Assembly (NCBI RefSeq): GCF_013167455.1
Contig: NZ_CP038328.1
DNA from: Escherichia coli O157:H7
GTDB taxonomy: Bacteria; Pseudomonadota; Gammaproteobacteria; Enterobacterales; Enterobacteriaceae
Direction: 5' to 3' (one strand)
Length of the DNA: 64,000 nucleotides
Below are positions 14,019-25,614 of the stretch, in pieces (positions within the stretch are counted from its first letter, which is position 1; each line of letters starts with the position of its first letter). A program made the translations under genes and the position numbers. The notes below the pieces were generated by a model, which did no database searches, was not told the origin of the DNA, and saw only the letters and a list, made by a program, of their open reading frames with translations.

Positions 14019-15446
14019 TTGAAACGCTGGCCCGTTTTTCCCCGCTCATTACGACAACTGGTAATGCTGGCATTTTTGCTGATTCTGCTGCCCCTGTTGG
14101 TGCTGGCATGGCAAGCCTGGCAAAGCCTGAATGCGCTTAGCGACCAGGCGGCGCTGGTCAACCGCACCACGCTTATCGATGCCCGGCGCAGCGAAGCAAT
14201 GACCAACGCGGCGCTGGAGATGGAGCGTAGCTACCGTCAGTATTGCGTGCTGGATGACCCTACGCTTGCGAAGGTTTATCAAAGCCAGCGCAAGCGTTAC
14301 AGCGAAATGCTCGATGCCCACGCAGGCGTACTGCCAGACGATAAACTTTACCAGGCATTGCGTCAGGACTTGAACAATCTGGCCCAACTTCAGTGCAACA
14401 ACAGTGGTCCCGATGCTGCTGCTGCCGCGCGTCTGGAAGCCTTTGCCAGTGCCAATACCGAAATGGTACAGGCCACGCGCACAGTAGTGTTCTCTCGTGG
14501 GCAGCAACTTCAGCGTGAAATCGCCGAACGTGGGCAATATTTTGGTTGGCAATCGCTGGTGCTATTTCTGGTGAGTCTGGTAATGGTACTGCTTTTCACG
14601 CGGATGATTATCGGGCCGGTGAAAAATATTGAACGGATGATCAATCGGTTGGGGGAAGGGCGTTCTCTGGGCAATAGCGTTTCGTTCAGTGGACCGAGCG
14701 AGTTACGCTCGGTTGGGCAACGTATTCTTTGGTTAAGTGAGCGCCTGTCATGGCTGGAATCCCAACGCCATCAATTTTTAAGACATTTATCTCATGAATT
14801 AAAAACGCCACTGGCGAGTATGCGCGAGGGCACTGAATTACTGGCTGATCAGGTTGTCGGGCCGCTTACGCCAGAGCAAAAAGAGGTGGTGAGCATTCTT
14901 GATAGCAGCAGCCGCAATTTGCAAAAACTGATCGAACAACTGCTTGATTACAACCGTAAACAGGCGGACAGTGCGGTGGAACTAGATAATGTTGAGTTAG
15001 CACCGCTGGTGGAGACAGTAGTTTCTGCTCATAGCCTGCCCGCACGGGCTAAAATGATGCATACCGACGTCGATCTCAAAGCAACAGCTTGCCTGGCGGA
15101 GCCAATGCTGCTGATGAGCGTACTGGATAATCTTTACTCCAATGCGGTGCACTACGGGGCTGAATCCGGTAACATTTGCCTTCGCAGCAGTTTACATGGT
15201 GCGCGGGTTTATATTGATGTCATCAATACAGGCACGCCCATTCCGCAAGAGGAACGCGCCATGATCTTCGAACCCTTTTTTCAGGGAAGCCACCAGCGAA
15301 AAGGGGCGGTGAAGGGCAGCGGTCTGGGATTAAGCATTGCCAGGGATTGTATTCGCCGTATGCAAGGGGAACTGTATCTGGTCGACGAGAGCGGGCAAGA
15401 CGTTTGTTTCCGCATTGAATTACCGTCGTCGAAAAACACGAAATAA
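14019..15446 (+). CDS. glrK: Sensor histidine kinase GlrK
   Basis: 475-aa product from a TTG start; transmembrane N-terminus, H-box HELKTPL and an ATPase domain. Confidence 0.88.
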   Translation: MKRWPVFPRSLRQLVMLAFLLILLPLLVLAWQAWQSLNALSDQAALVNRTTLIDARRSEAMTNAALEMERSYRQYCVLDDPTLAKVYQSQRKRYSEMLDAHAGVLPDDKLYQALRQDLNNLAQLQCNNSGPDAAAAARLEAFASANTEMVQATRTVVFSRGQQLQREIAERGQYFGWQSLVLFLVSLVMVLLFTRMIIGPVKNIERMINRLGEGRSLGNSVSFSGPSELRSVGQRILWLSERLSWLESQRHQFLRHLSHELKTPLASMREGTELLADQVVGPLTPEQKEVVSILDSSSRNLQKLIEQLLDYNRKQADSAVELDNVELAPLVETVVSAHSLPARAKMMHTDVDLKATACLAEPMLLMSVLDNLYSNAVHYGAESGNICLRSSLHGARVYIDVINTGTPIPQEERAMIFEPFFQGSHQRKGAVKGSGLGLSIARDCIRRMQGELYLVDESGQDVCFRIELPSSKNTK

Positions 15447-15610
15447 TGCTAACAGCCTATCCCATCAGGCTATTTTATTTGTCAGTTCGGCCCCGGGCAG
15501 TGCTCGAAATCCTCACGTACGACATGTACGCTCCGGTTTCTCCGCGCTGTCCATGTCCAAACTGTCTGCAACAATTACGCCCACTGGGATAGGCTTTAAG
15601 TCTGGTGAAT

Positions 15611-16324
15611 ATGCGACACATTTTTCAACGATTATTGCCCCGACGGCTGTGGCTGGCAGGGCTGCCATGTCTGGCATTGCTAGGTTGCGTGCAGAATCAC
15701 AATAAGCCAGCCATTGATACGCCAGCAGAAGAAAAAATTCCGGTTTATCAACTGGCTGACTATCTTTCTACTGAATGTAGCGACATCTGGGCGCTGCAAG
15801 GTAAATCAACCGAAACCAATCCGCTTTACTGGCTGCGGGCGATGGATTGTGCTGATCGTTTAATGCCTGCGCAGTCGCGTCAGCAAGCTCGCCAATATGA
15901 CGACGGCAGCTGGCAAAATACCTTTAAACAAGGGATTTTGCTCGCCGACGCCAAAATTACGCCATATGAGCGCCGCCAGCTGGTCGCGCGTATTGAAGCG
16001 TTAAGTACCGAGATCCCGGCACAGGTTCGCCCACTGTATCAACTCTGGCGCGACGGTCAGGCGCTGCAACTGCAACTGGCGGAAGAGCGCCAACGCTACA
16101 GTAAACTCCAGCAGTCCAGCGACAGCGAGCTGGATACATTGCGCCAGCAACATCACGTTCTACAGCAGCAACTGGAACTCACCACCCGCAAGCTGGAAAA
16201 CCTGACTGATATTGAACGCCAGCTCTCGACCCGCAAACCGGCTGGAAATTTCTCGCCGGATACGCCACACGAGAGTGAAAAGCCCGCGCCATCCACCCAT
16301 GAGGTCACTCCTGATGAGCCATAA
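15611..16324 (+). CDS. qseG: Two-component-system accessory lipoprotein QseG (YfhG)
   Basis: 237-aa product with a lipobox-like LLGC signal and a Q-rich coiled C-terminus; sits between glrK and glrR. Confidence 0.85.
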   Translation: MRHIFQRLLPRRLWLAGLPCLALLGCVQNHNKPAIDTPAEEKIPVYQLADYLSTECSDIWALQGKSTETNPLYWLRAMDCADRLMPAQSRQQARQYDDGSWQNTFKQGILLADAKITPYERRQLVARIEALSTEIPAQVRPLYQLWRDGQALQLQLAEERQRYSKLQQSSDSELDTLRQQHHVLQQQLELTTRKLENLTDIERQLSTRKPAGNFSPDTPHESEKPAPSTHEVTPDEP

Positions 16325-17648
16325 ACCTGCGCATTTATTATTGGTCGATGACGATCCGGGATTGCTGAAACTGCTTGGCCTGCGCCTGACCAGCGAAGGC
16401 TACAGCGTGGTCACGGCGGAAAGTGGCGCTGAAGGATTACGGGTACTGAATCGCGAAAAAGTAGATTTAGTCATCAGCGACCTGCGGATGGATGAAATGG
16501 ACGGTATGCAGCTGTTTGCTGAAATCCAGAAAGTGCAGCCGGGAATGCCGGTAATTATTCTTACCGCGCATGGTTCTATTCCCGATGCCGTTGCTGCAAC
16601 ACAGCAGGGCGTTTTTAGTTTCCTCACCAAGCCTGTTGATAAAGACGCGCTATATCAGGCAATTGATGATGCGCTGGAACAATCCGCGCCAGCCACCGAC
16701 GAACGCTGGCGCGAGGCGATTGTCACCCGCAGCCCGCTGATGCTGCGTTTGCTGGAACAGGCGCGGCTGGTGGCGCAATCAGACGTCAGCGTTTTGATTA
16801 ATGGCCAGAGCGGCACCGGGAAAGAGATTTTCGCCCAGGCTATCCACAACGCCAGCCCGCGCAATAGCAAACCATTTATTGCTATTAACTGTGGTGCATT
16901 GCCTGAGCAATTGCTGGAGTCGGAGCTGTTTGGTCATGCGCGTGGCGCGTTTACTGGCGCTGTCAGCAATCGCGAAGGTTTATTCCAGGCGGCGGAAGGC
17001 GGAACGCTATTTCTCGATGAGATTGGCGATATGCCTGCGCCGTTGCAGGTCAAACTGTTGCGCGTGTTGCAGGAGCGTAAAGTGCGCCCGCTGGGCAGTA
17101 ACCGCGATATTGATATCAATGTGCGGATTATTTCTGCCACTCACCGTGATCTGCCAAAAGCGATGGCGCGCGGGGAATTCCGCGAAGATCTCTATTACCG
17201 CCTCAACGTTGTCAGCCTGAAAATTCCGGCACTGGCGGAGCGCACAGAAGACATTCCGCTACTGGCAAATCACCTGTTGCGCCAGGCGGCAGAGCGACAT
17301 AAACCGTTTGTCCGCGCGTTTTCCACCGATGCGATGAAACGCCTGATGACCGCGAGCTGGCCGGGTAATGTGCGCCAGTTGGTCAACGTGATTGAACAGT
17401 GCGTGGCGCTGACCTCATCTCCGGTGATTAGCGATGCATTAGTAGAGCAGGCGCTGGAGGGTGAAAATACGGCGCTGCCAACCTTTGTTGAGGCACGTAA
17501 TCAGTTTGAACTCAACTATTTGCGTAAGCTGCTGCAAATTACCAAAGGCAACGTCACCCACGCGGCGAGAATGGCGGGGCGCAACCGGACAGAATTTTAT
17601 AAACTGCTTTCCCGACACGAGCTGGATGCAAACGATTTCAAGGAATGA
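16314..17648 (+). CDS. glrR: Sigma-54-dependent response regulator GlrR
   Basis: 444-aa product from the internal ATG ([14 protein letters not shown]); receiver domain, AAA+ GAFTGA motif and C-terminal HTH. Confidence 0.92.
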   Translation: MSHKPAHLLLVDDDPGLLKLLGLRLTSEGYSVVTAESGAEGLRVLNREKVDLVISDLRMDEMDGMQLFAEIQKVQPGMPVIILTAHGSIPDAVAATQQGVFSFLTKPVDKDALYQAIDDALEQSAPATDERWREAIVTRSPLMLRLLEQARLVAQSDVSVLINGQSGTGKEIFAQAIHNASPRNSKPFIAINCGALPEQLLESELFGHARGAFTGAVSNREGLFQAAEGGTLFLDEIGDMPAPLQVKLLRVLQERKVRPLGSNRDIDINVRIISATHRDLPKAMARGEFREDLYYRLNVVSLKIPALAERTEDIPLLANHLLRQAAERHKPFVRAFSTDAMKRLMTASWPGNVRQLVNVIEQCVALTSSPVISDALVEQALEGENTALPTFVEARNQFELNYLRKLLQITKGNVTHAARMAGRNRTEFYKLLSRHELDANDFKE

Positions 17649-17672
17649 ATTGGCGTTATGTGTTACGTTTAG

Positions 17673-18047
<375 letters not shown>

Positions 18048-18059
18048 ACCGCGTCAAGG

Positions 18060-18085
18060 GTTGCCGGATGTTTCCATCCGGCAAC
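18060..18085. terminator. Hairpin between convergent glnB and hmp (GTTGCCGGATG / CATCCGGCAAC)
   Basis: 11-bp perfect stem; weak U-tract. Confidence 0.5.
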
Positions 18086-18091
18086 ATCAAA

Positions 18092-19282
18092 TCACAGCAC
18101 CTTATGCGGGCCAAAGCATTCGTAATGAATGTTTTCCTGCTTCACGCCCAGATCCACTAACTGTTTCGCGGCAAACTGCATGAAGCCAACCGGGCCGCAG
18201 AGATAGAACTGCATTGTCGGATCGCTGAACGCACCTTCCAGTTTGCTCAAATCCATCAGACCTTCGCTATCAAACTGACCTTTAGCGCGATCGGCTTCGC
18301 TCGGCTGACGATACCAGGTGTGCGCGGTAAAGCGCGGCAGTGACTGCCCCAGTTCCTTAACTTCATCGGCAAAGGCGTGAACATCGCCATTTTCTGCCGC
18401 ATGGAACCAGTTCACTTGTGCTGTGTGGCCTGCTTTTGCCAGCGTGTCGAGCATTGCCAGCATTGGCGTTTGACCAACACCGGCAGAGATTAACGTCACT
18501 GGTGTGTCATCTGCGACAGCCATAAAGAAATCACCTGCCGGAGCGACCAGTTTCACGACATCGCCAACATTGGCGTGATTGTGCAACCAGTTGGATACCT
18601 GCCCACCCTCTTCGCGTTTCACCGCAATACGATAGCCTTTGCCATCCGGTTTGCGAGTCAAAGAGTACTGACGAATTTCCTGATGCGGGAAACCTTCCGG
18701 CTTCAGCCAGACGCCGAGATATTGCCCCGGACGGTATTCTGCCACTGCGCCACCGTCGACCGGCTCCAGTTCGAAGCTGGTGATAAGCGCGCTGCGAGGT
18801 GTTTTAGCCACAATGCGGAAATCGCGAGTACCTTCCCAGCCACCGGCTTTGCTGGCGTTTTCGTTATAGATTTCCGCCTCGCGATTGATAAATACATTAG
18901 CCAGTACACCATAGGCTTTACCCCACGCGTCCAGCACTTCCTGCCCCGGGCTGAACATTTCGTCCAGCGTTGCCAACAGGTGTTCACCGACGATGTTGTA
19001 CTGTTCCGGTTTGATCTGGAAACTGGTGTGCTTCTGCGCGATTTTTTCTACCGCTGGCAGCAGCGCAGGCAGGTTTTCAATATTACTGGCGTAGGCGGCA
19101 ATAGCGTTAAACAGGGCTTCACGTTGATCGCCATTACGCTGGTTACTCATGTTAAAAATTTCTTTGAGTTCTGGGTTATGAGTAAACATACGGTCGTAGA
19201 AATGGGCGGTTAACTTTGGCCCCGTTTCCACCAGTAAAGGGATGGTGGCTTTTACTGTAGCGATGGTTTGAGCGTCAAGCAT
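18092..19282 (-). CDS. hmp: Flavohaemoglobin (nitric oxide dioxygenase)
   Basis: 396-aa product from the internal ATG ([13 protein letters not shown]); globin and FAD/NAD reductase domains. Confidence 0.93.
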
Positions 19283-19300
19283 ATGGTCTTCCTTTTTTTG

Positions 19301-19331
19301 CATCTTAATTGATGTATCTCAAATGCATCTT
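19301..19331 (-). promoter_or_regulatory. NsrR operator (with an FNR-like half-site) over the hmp promoter
   Basis: Minus-strand AAGATGCATTTGAGATACATCAATTAAGATG, 19-49 nt upstream of the hmp start; matches the NsrR inverted-repeat motif. Confidence 0.55.
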
Positions 19332-19478
19332 ATAAAAAATAGCCCTGCAATGTAAATGGTTCTTTGGTGTTTTTCAGAAAGAATGTGATGAAGTGAAAAA
19401 TTTGCATCACAAACCTGAAAAGAAATCCGTTTCCGGTTGCAAGCTCTTTATTCTCCAAAGCCTTGCGTAGCCTGAAGG

Positions 19479-19494
19479 TAATCGTTTGCGTAAA
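19479..19494 (+). promoter_or_regulatory. PurR box-like site upstream of glyA (TAATCGTTTGCGTAAA)
   Basis: Matches the reverse-complement core of the PurR consensus; glyA is a known PurR regulon member. Confidence 0.45.
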
Positions 19495-19609
19495 TTCCTT
19501 TGTCAAGACCTGTTATCGCACAATGATTCGGTTATACTGTTCGCCGTTGTCCAACAGGACCGCCTATAAAGGCCAAAAATTTTATTGTTAGCTGAGTCAG
19601 GAGATGCGG

Positions 19610-20863
19610 ATGTTAAAGCGTGAAATGAACATTGCCGATTATGATGCCGAACTGTGGCAGGCTATGGAGCAGGAAAAAGTACGTCAGGAAGAGCACATCG
19701 AACTGATCGCCTCCGAAAACTACACCAGCCCGCGCGTAATGCAGGCGCAGGGTTCTCAGCTGACCAACAAATATGCTGAAGGTTATCCGGGCAAACGCTA
19801 CTACGGTGGTTGCGAGTATGTTGATATCGTTGAACAACTGGCGATCGATCGTGCGAAAGAACTGTTCGGCGCTGACTACGCTAACGTCCAGCCGCACTCC
19901 GGCTCCCAGGCTAACTTTGCGGTCTACACCGCGCTGCTGGAACCAGGTGATACCGTTCTGGGTATGAACCTGGCGCATGGCGGTCACCTGACTCACGGTT
20001 CTCCGGTTAACTTCTCCGGTAAACTGTACAACATTGTTCCTTACGGTATTGATGCTACCGGTCATATCGACTACGCCGATCTGGAAAAACAAGCCAAAGA
20101 ACACAAACCGAAAATGATTATCGGTGGCTTCTCTGCATATTCCGGCGTGGTGGACTGGGCGAAAATGCGTGAAATCGCTGACAGCATCGGCGCTTACCTG
20201 TTCGTTGATATGGCGCACGTTGCGGGCCTGGTTGCTGCTGGCGTCTACCCGAACCCGGTTCCTCATGCTCACGTTGTTACTACCACCACTCACAAAACCC
20301 TGGCGGGTCCGCGCGGCGGTCTGATCCTGGCGAAAGGTGGTAGCGAAGAGCTGTACAAAAAACTGAACTCTGCCGTTTTCCCTGGTGGTCAGGGCGGTCC
20401 GTTGATGCACGTAATCGCCGGTAAAGCGGTTGCTCTGAAAGAAGCGATGGAGCCTGAGTTCAAAACTTACCAGCAGCAGGTCGCTAAAAACGCTAAAGCG
20501 ATGGTAGAAGTGTTCCTGGAACGCGGCTACAAAGTGGTTTCCGGCGGTACTGATAACCATCTGTTCCTGGTTGATCTGGTCGATAAAAACCTGACCGGTA
20601 AAGAAGCAGACGCCGCTCTGGGCCGTGCTAACATCACCGTCAACAAAAACAGCGTACCGAACGATCCGAAGAGCCCGTTTGTGACCTCCGGTATTCGCGT
20701 GGGTACTCCGGCAATTACGCGTCGCGGCTTCAAAGAAGTAGAAGCGAAAGAACTGGCTGGCTGGATGTGTGACGTGCTGGACAGCATCAATGATGAAGCC
20801 GTTATCGAGCGCATCAAAGGTAAAGTTCTCGACATCTGCGCACGTTACCCGGTTTACGCATAA
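19610..20863 (+). CDS. glyA: Serine hydroxymethyltransferase
   Basis: 417-aa product; AGGAG Shine-Dalgarno; sequence recognised as GlyA. Confidence 0.96.
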   Translation: MLKREMNIADYDAELWQAMEQEKVRQEEHIELIASENYTSPRVMQAQGSQLTNKYAEGYPGKRYYGGCEYVDIVEQLAIDRAKELFGADYANVQPHSGSQANFAVYTALLEPGDTVLGMNLAHGGHLTHGSPVNFSGKLYNIVPYGIDATGHIDYADLEKQAKEHKPKMIIGGFSAYSGVVDWAKMREIADSIGAYLFVDMAHVAGLVAAGVYPNPVPHAHVVTTTTHKTLAGPRGGLILAKGGSEELYKKLNSAVFPGGQGGPLMHVIAGKAVALKEAMEPEFKTYQQQVAKNAKAMVEVFLERGYKVVSGGTDNHLFLVDLVDKNLTGKEADAALGRANITVNKNSVPNDPKSPFVTSGIRVGTPAITRRGFKEVEAKELAGWMCDVLDSINDEAVIERIKGKVLDICARYPVYA

Positions 20864-20883
20864 GCGAAACGGTTAATCTGTTG

Positions 20884-20912
20884 AAAAAGGCTTCCTTCGG
20901 GAAGCCTTTCTA
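20884..20912. terminator. Bidirectional terminator between glyA and yphH (AAAGGCTTCC / GGAAGCCTTT)
   Basis: 10-bp perfect stem with a TTCG loop. Confidence 0.65.
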
Positions 20913-20925
20913 CGTTATCGCGCCA

Positions 20926-22119
20926 TCAAATCTGTCGTAACTGCGTCTCAACATACAAATAGCCAATTCCCAGCACCTGTTGTGCGCGGCTTAATTGCCC
21001 GAAGCCAATTTGCGTCGCTTTCACGCTCGGTCCTTCGTCGCGGTCGAACGGGTTAAATCCTGTCTGGCGAATAATAGTATTAAGCCAGTGCTCACCAAAG
21101 GCACAACTGCGACCGTACAACCAAATCTGATTAATATTGAGGATGTTGAGGAAGTTATACAGACTCAAACCAATGGCATTGGCAGAGCGATCAACCCAGC
21201 TGGTGATCCACGGTTCTCCACTTTGCCAGGCAGCGATTAACTGCGCTGTAGTCAGTTTTTCAGGATCAAGCTGAGTATTAACCGGTTGTGATTTTAGCCA
21301 TACCCGCGCCTGTTTTTTTAATGCACTTAACGAGGCGACGGTTTCCAGGCAGCCGTAACGTCCACAGTCGCAGACGACGCCATCCGGATTAACGATGGTG
21401 TGACCAATCTGTCCGCTACCATACAAACTGCCGCGATAAATTTGCTCGTTAATCACGAACGACGAGCCAATGCCGTAATCAACGTTGATCACGCAGAAAT
21501 CCCGTTCCTGCGAATTATTTTGCCATTTTTCCGCCAGCGCCAGCATCACGCAGTCATTATCGACCATCACCCGAATGCCCAGCTTCTCTTCCAGCAGATA
21601 CTTCACCTCAACCGGCGTTGTCCACGGCGCTTGCGGCATGGTTTGCGACACTCCAGTCACTGGATCAACCTGACCGTGGATTGCCAGCGCCAGATTGATG
21701 GTGCGGTCCGGCCACAATTTACGGTGGCGATGCCAGCATTTTTCGATTTCGGACAGCAGCGCCTGCGGCGTCGGTGCATCAATCTGTAAATACTCAAATT
21801 CACCTTTCGGACTTAAACAAGCATTAGCAACCTGACACTCAATACTGGTGGGCGTCACGTTCAGACACAGCGTCCAGTCACCTTCCGGCGCAATCAGCCA
21901 TGTACCGCTACTATGCCCGCGCGTCTGGCTTTCATCGTCGATATTCACCACCCGTTTTTCGCTTTCCAGTTCCTGCAAAATATTACTGACTGCCGGAATC
22001 GAAATTTGCGCCAGCCGGGCCAGCGTTGATTTATTGGCGCGCTTTTGCCGGTACAGCAGTTCCAGAATCACGCATTTGTTATGGTGGCGAATCTGTTGAT
22101 TGTTAATGCAGGCTCTCAT
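20926..22119 (-). CDS. yphH: ROK (NagC/XylR)-family transcriptional regulator
   Basis: About 397 aa; N-terminal HTH, ROK glycine motifs and a CxCGxxGCxE zinc motif; start may instead be 22125. Confidence 0.85.
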   Translation of the reverse strand: MRACINNQQIRHHNKCVILELLYRQKRANKSTLARLAQISIPAVSNILQELESEKRVVNIDDESQTRGHSSGTWLIAPEGDWTLCLNVTPTSIECQVANACLSPKGEFEYLQIDAPTPQALLSEIEKCWHRHRKLWPDRTINLALAIHGQVDPVTGVSQTMPQAPWTTPVEVKYLLEEKLGIRVMVDNDCVMLALAEKWQNNSQERDFCVINVDYGIGSSFVINEQIYRGSLYGSGQIGHTIVNPDGVVCDCGRYGCLETVASLSALKKQARVWLKSQPVNTQLDPEKLTTAQLIAAWQSGEPWITSWVDRSANAIGLSLYNFLNILNINQIWLYGRSCAFGEHWLNTIIRQTGFNPFDRDEGPSVKATQIGFGQLSRAQQVLGIGYLYVETQLRQI

Positions 22120-22143
22120 CTTCACTAAACCTTGTTTAGTTAA

Positions 22144-25100
22144 TTGCGTGATTATTCCGCGAAAACATTGCCAGATTGTTCAATACACTGCCACAAATCT
22201 TTTAATTCAGTATGTCTTGTTAATATTGAGGGCACCATGACTCCAGTAAAAGTGTGGCAAGAGCGCGTTGAGATCCCGACCTATGAAACCGGGCCGCAGG
22301 ATATACATCCCATGTTCCTGGAAAATCGCGTTTATCAGGGATCGTCCGGCGCGGTTTATCCCTACGGCGTGACCGATACGCTGAGCGAGCAGAAAACCCT
22401 GAAATCCTGGCAGGCGGTGTGGCTGGAAAACGACTACATCAAAGTGATGATCCTGCCGGAATTGGGCGGTCGGGTGCATCGCGCATGGGATAAAGTGAAA
22501 CAGCGCGATTTTGTCTATCACAATGAAGTCATTAAACCTGCGCTGGTGGGGCTGCTGGGACCGTGGATCTCCGGCGGGATTGAGTTTAACTGGCCGCAAC
22601 ACCATCGCCCGACCACCTTTATGCCCGTTGATTTCACCCTCGAAGCCCATGAAGACGGCGCACAGACGGTGTGGGTAGGCGAAACGGAGCCGATGCATGG
22701 TTTACAGGTGATGACAGGTTTCACCCTGCGCCCTGACCGGGCGGCGCTGGAAATCGCCAGCCGCGTCTATAACGGCAACGCCACGCCGCGTCATTTCTTG
22801 TGGTGGGCCAACCCGGCAGTGAAAGGGGGTGAAGGGCATCAGAGCGTCTTTCCGCCGGATGTAACGGCGGTGTTTGATCACGGCAAACGGGCCGTCTCCG
22901 CTTTCCCTATCGCCACCGGCACTTACTACAAAGTGGACTACTCCGCTGGAGTGGACATTTCTCGCTATAAAAATGTGCCCGTTCCAACCTCATATATGGC
23001 TGAAAAATCACAGTACGATTTTGTTGGCGCGTGGTGTCACGATGAAGATGGCGGTTTGCTACACGTTGCCAACCACCATATTGCGCCAGGTAAAAAGCAG
23101 TGGAGCTGGGGACACAGTGAATTTGGCCAGGCGTGGGATAAGAGCCTAACTGATAATAACGGCCCGTATATCGAACTGATGACCGGTATTTTTGCCGATA
23201 ACCAGCCTGATTTTACCCGGCTTGATGCTTACGAAGAGAAGCGTTTTGAGCAGTTTTTCCTGCCTTACCATTCTCTGGGCATGGTGCAAAACGCCTCCCG
23301 CGATGCGGTAATCAAACTCCAGCGTAGTGAGCGGGGGATTGAGTGGGGGCTGTATGCCATCTCTCCGTTGAACGGATACCGCCTGGCGATCCGCGAAATC
23401 GGCAAATGCGACGCGTTGCTCGATGATGCCGTGGCCCTGACACCAGCGACCGCCATCCAGGGCGTGTTACACGGTATCAATCCTGAAAGACTGACCATTG
23501 AGCTCTCTGATGCCGACGGCAATATTGTACTGAGTTATCAGGAACATCAGCCGCAAGAGTTGCCGTTGCCGGACGTCGCCAAAGCGCCACTGTCAGCACA
23601 AGACATTACCAGTACAGATGAAGCCTGGTTTATCGGTCAGCATCTGGAGCAATATCATCACGCCAGCCGTTCACCGTTCGATTACTACCTGCGCGGCGTG
23701 GCGCTGGATCCGCTGGATTACCGCTGTAATCTGGCGCTGGCGATGCTGGAGTATAACCGCGCAGATTTCCCGCAAGCGGTGGCGTATGCCACTCAGGCTC
23801 TGAAACGCGCACATGCGCTGAACAAAAATCCGCAGTGCGGACAGGCGAGTTTGATTCGCGCCAGTGCTTACGAACGTCAGGGACAATATCAACAAGCCGA
23901 AGAGGATTTCTGGCGTGCGGTCTGGAGCGGCAACAGTAAAGCCGGAGGCTATTATGGTCTGGCACGACTGGCGGCGCGTAATGGTAACTTCGACGCGGGT
24001 CTGGATTTTTGCCAACAAAGTCTTCGCGCCTGCCCAATCAATCAGGAAGTGCTTTGCCTGCATAATCTGCTGCTGGTGTTAAGTGGTCGTCAGGACAACG
24101 CGCGTTTGCAGCGCGAGAAACTGCTGCGCGATTATCCGCTGAACGCCACTCTGTGGTGCCTGAACTGGTTCGATGGTCGTAGCGAATCATCTCTCGCGCA
24201 GTGGCGCGGTCTGTGTCAGGGACGCGACGTTAACGCCCTGATGACCGCCGGGCAACTGATTAACTGGGGAATGCCCACCCTCGCGGCAGAGATGCTGAAT
24301 GCACTGGACTGCCAGCGCACGCTGCCGCTTTACCTGCAAGCCAGCTTGCTGCCGAAAGCCGAACGTGGCGAACTGGTCGCAAAAGCCATTGATGTCTTCC
24401 CGCAGTTTGTCCGTTTCCCGAATACGCTGGAAGAAGTGGCGGCGCTGGAGAGTATTGAAGAGTGCTGGTTTGCTCGCCATTTACTGGCCTGCTTCTACTA
24501 CAACAAACGTAGCTACAACGAAGCCATTGCCTTATGGCAACGTTGCGTAGAGATGTCGCCGGAGTTTGCCGACGGCTGGCGCGGGTTAGCGATCCATGCG
24601 TGGAATAAGCAACACGATTATGAGCTGGCCGCGCGTTATCTTGATAATGCTTATCAGCTTGCGCCGCAGGATGCACGTCTGCTTTTCGAACGGGATTTGC
24701 TTGATAAGCTAAGTGGAACCACACCGGAGAAACGACTGGCGCGTCTGGAAAATAATCTGGAAATTGCGCTGAAACGCGACGACATGACCGCAGAACTGCT
24801 CAATTTGTGGCATCTCACGGGGCAGGCAGACAAAGCGGCGGACATTCTCGCCACGCGCAAATTCCACCCGTGGGAAGGCGGGGAAGGGAAGGTCACCAGT
24901 CAGTTTATCCTCAACCAGTTATTACGCGCCTGGCAGCATCTTGATGCCAGAGAGCCGCAGCAGGCCAGCGAACTGCTTCATGCCGCGCTGCATTATCCGG
25001 AGAATTTAAGCGAAGGCCGTTTACCGGGGCAAACTGATAACGACATCTGGTTCTGGCAGGCGATATGCGCCAAAGCCCAGGGCGATGAAACTGAAGCGAC

Positions 25101-25518
25101 GCGCTGTTTACATCTGGCGGCGACCGGCGATCGCACCATTAACATCCACAGCTATTACAACGATCAGCCGGTTGATTACCTCTTCTGGCAAGGAATGGCG
25201 CTGCGATTACTGGGCGAACAACACACCGCACAGCAACTGTTTAGTGAAATGAAACAGTGGGCGCAAGAGATGGCGAAAACCAGTATCGAAGCGGATTTCT
25301 TTGCCGTCTCGCAGCCTGACTTGTTGTCGCTGTATGGCGATTTACAACAGCAGCATAAAGAAAAATGCCTGATGGTGGCGATGCTGGCGGCCGCGGGATT
25401 AGGCGAGATTGCGCAATACGAATCTGCTCGCGCTGAATTGACGGCGATTAATCCGGCCTGGCCGAAAGCGGCATTATTCACCACCGTGATGCCTTTTATT
25501 TTTAACTACGTTCACTAA
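22144..25518 (+). CDS. yphG: Large protein of unknown function (DUF5107-like N-terminus, TPR-like C-terminus)
   Basis: 1124-aa longest ORF; an internal ATG at 22237 with a GAGGG Shine-Dalgarno is the better-supported start. Confidence 0.8.
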   Translation: MRDYSAKTLPDCSIHCHKSFNSVCLVNIEGTMTPVKVWQERVEIPTYETGPQDIHPMFLENRVYQGSSGAVYPYGVTDTLSEQKTLKSWQAVWLENDYIKVMILPELGGRVHRAWDKVKQRDFVYHNEVIKPALVGLLGPWISGGIEFNWPQHHRPTTFMPVDFTLEAHEDGAQTVWVGETEPMHGLQVMTGFTLRPDRAALEIASRVYNGNATPRHFLWWANPAVKGGEGHQSVFPPDVTAVFDHGKRAVSAFPIATGTYYKVDYSAGVDISRYKNVPVPTSYMAEKSQYDFVGAWCHDEDGGLLHVANHHIAPGKKQWSWGHSEFGQAWDKSLTDNNGPYIELMTGIFADNQPDFTRLDAYEEKRFEQFFLPYHSLGMVQNASRDAVIKLQRSERGIEWGLYAISPLNGYRLAIREIGKCDALLDDAVALTPATAIQGVLHGINPERLTIELSDADGNIVLSYQEHQPQELPLPDVAKAPLSAQDITSTDEAWFIGQHLEQYHHASRSPFDYYLRGVALDPLDYRCNLALAMLEYNRADFPQAVAYATQALKRAHALNKNPQCGQASLIRASAYERQGQYQQAEEDFWRAVWSGNSKAGGYYGLARLAARNGNFDAGLDFCQQSLRACPINQEVLCLHNLLLVLSGRQDNARLQREKLLRDYPLNATLWCLNWFDGRSESSLAQWRGLCQGRDVNALMTAGQLINWGMPTLAAEMLNALDCQRTLPLYLQASLLPKAERGELVAKAIDVFPQFVRFPNTLEEVAALESIEECWFARHLLACFYYNKRSYNEAIALWQRCVEMSPEFADGWRGLAIHAWNKQHDYELAARYLDNAYQLAPQDARLLFERDLLDKLSGTTPEKRLARLENNLEIALKRDDMTAELLNLWHLTGQADKAADILATRKFHPWEGGEGKVTSQFILNQLLRAWQHLDAREPQQASELLHAALHYPENLSEGRLPGQTDNDIWFWQAICAKAQGDETEATRCLHLAATGDRTINIHSYYNDQPVDYLFWQGMALRLLGEQHTAQQLFSEMKQWAQEMAKTSIEADFFAVSQPDLLSLYGDLQQQHKEKCLMVAMLAAAGLGEIAQYESARAELTAINPAWPKAALFTTVMPFIFNYVH

Positions 25519-25614
25519 ACCCTATTAACTGTAATATTTGAGCGGCACGCGCTGCCGCTCATCACAAAATAATTAGAATAAGCCGTTGTTAATAAAAACC
25601 CTACAGGAGGCTCT

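Noticed and set aside
15337-15705. 122-aa plus-strand ORF spanning the glrK 3' end and the qseG 5' end
   Set aside because: Out of frame with both real genes and crossing the terminator hairpin; spurious.
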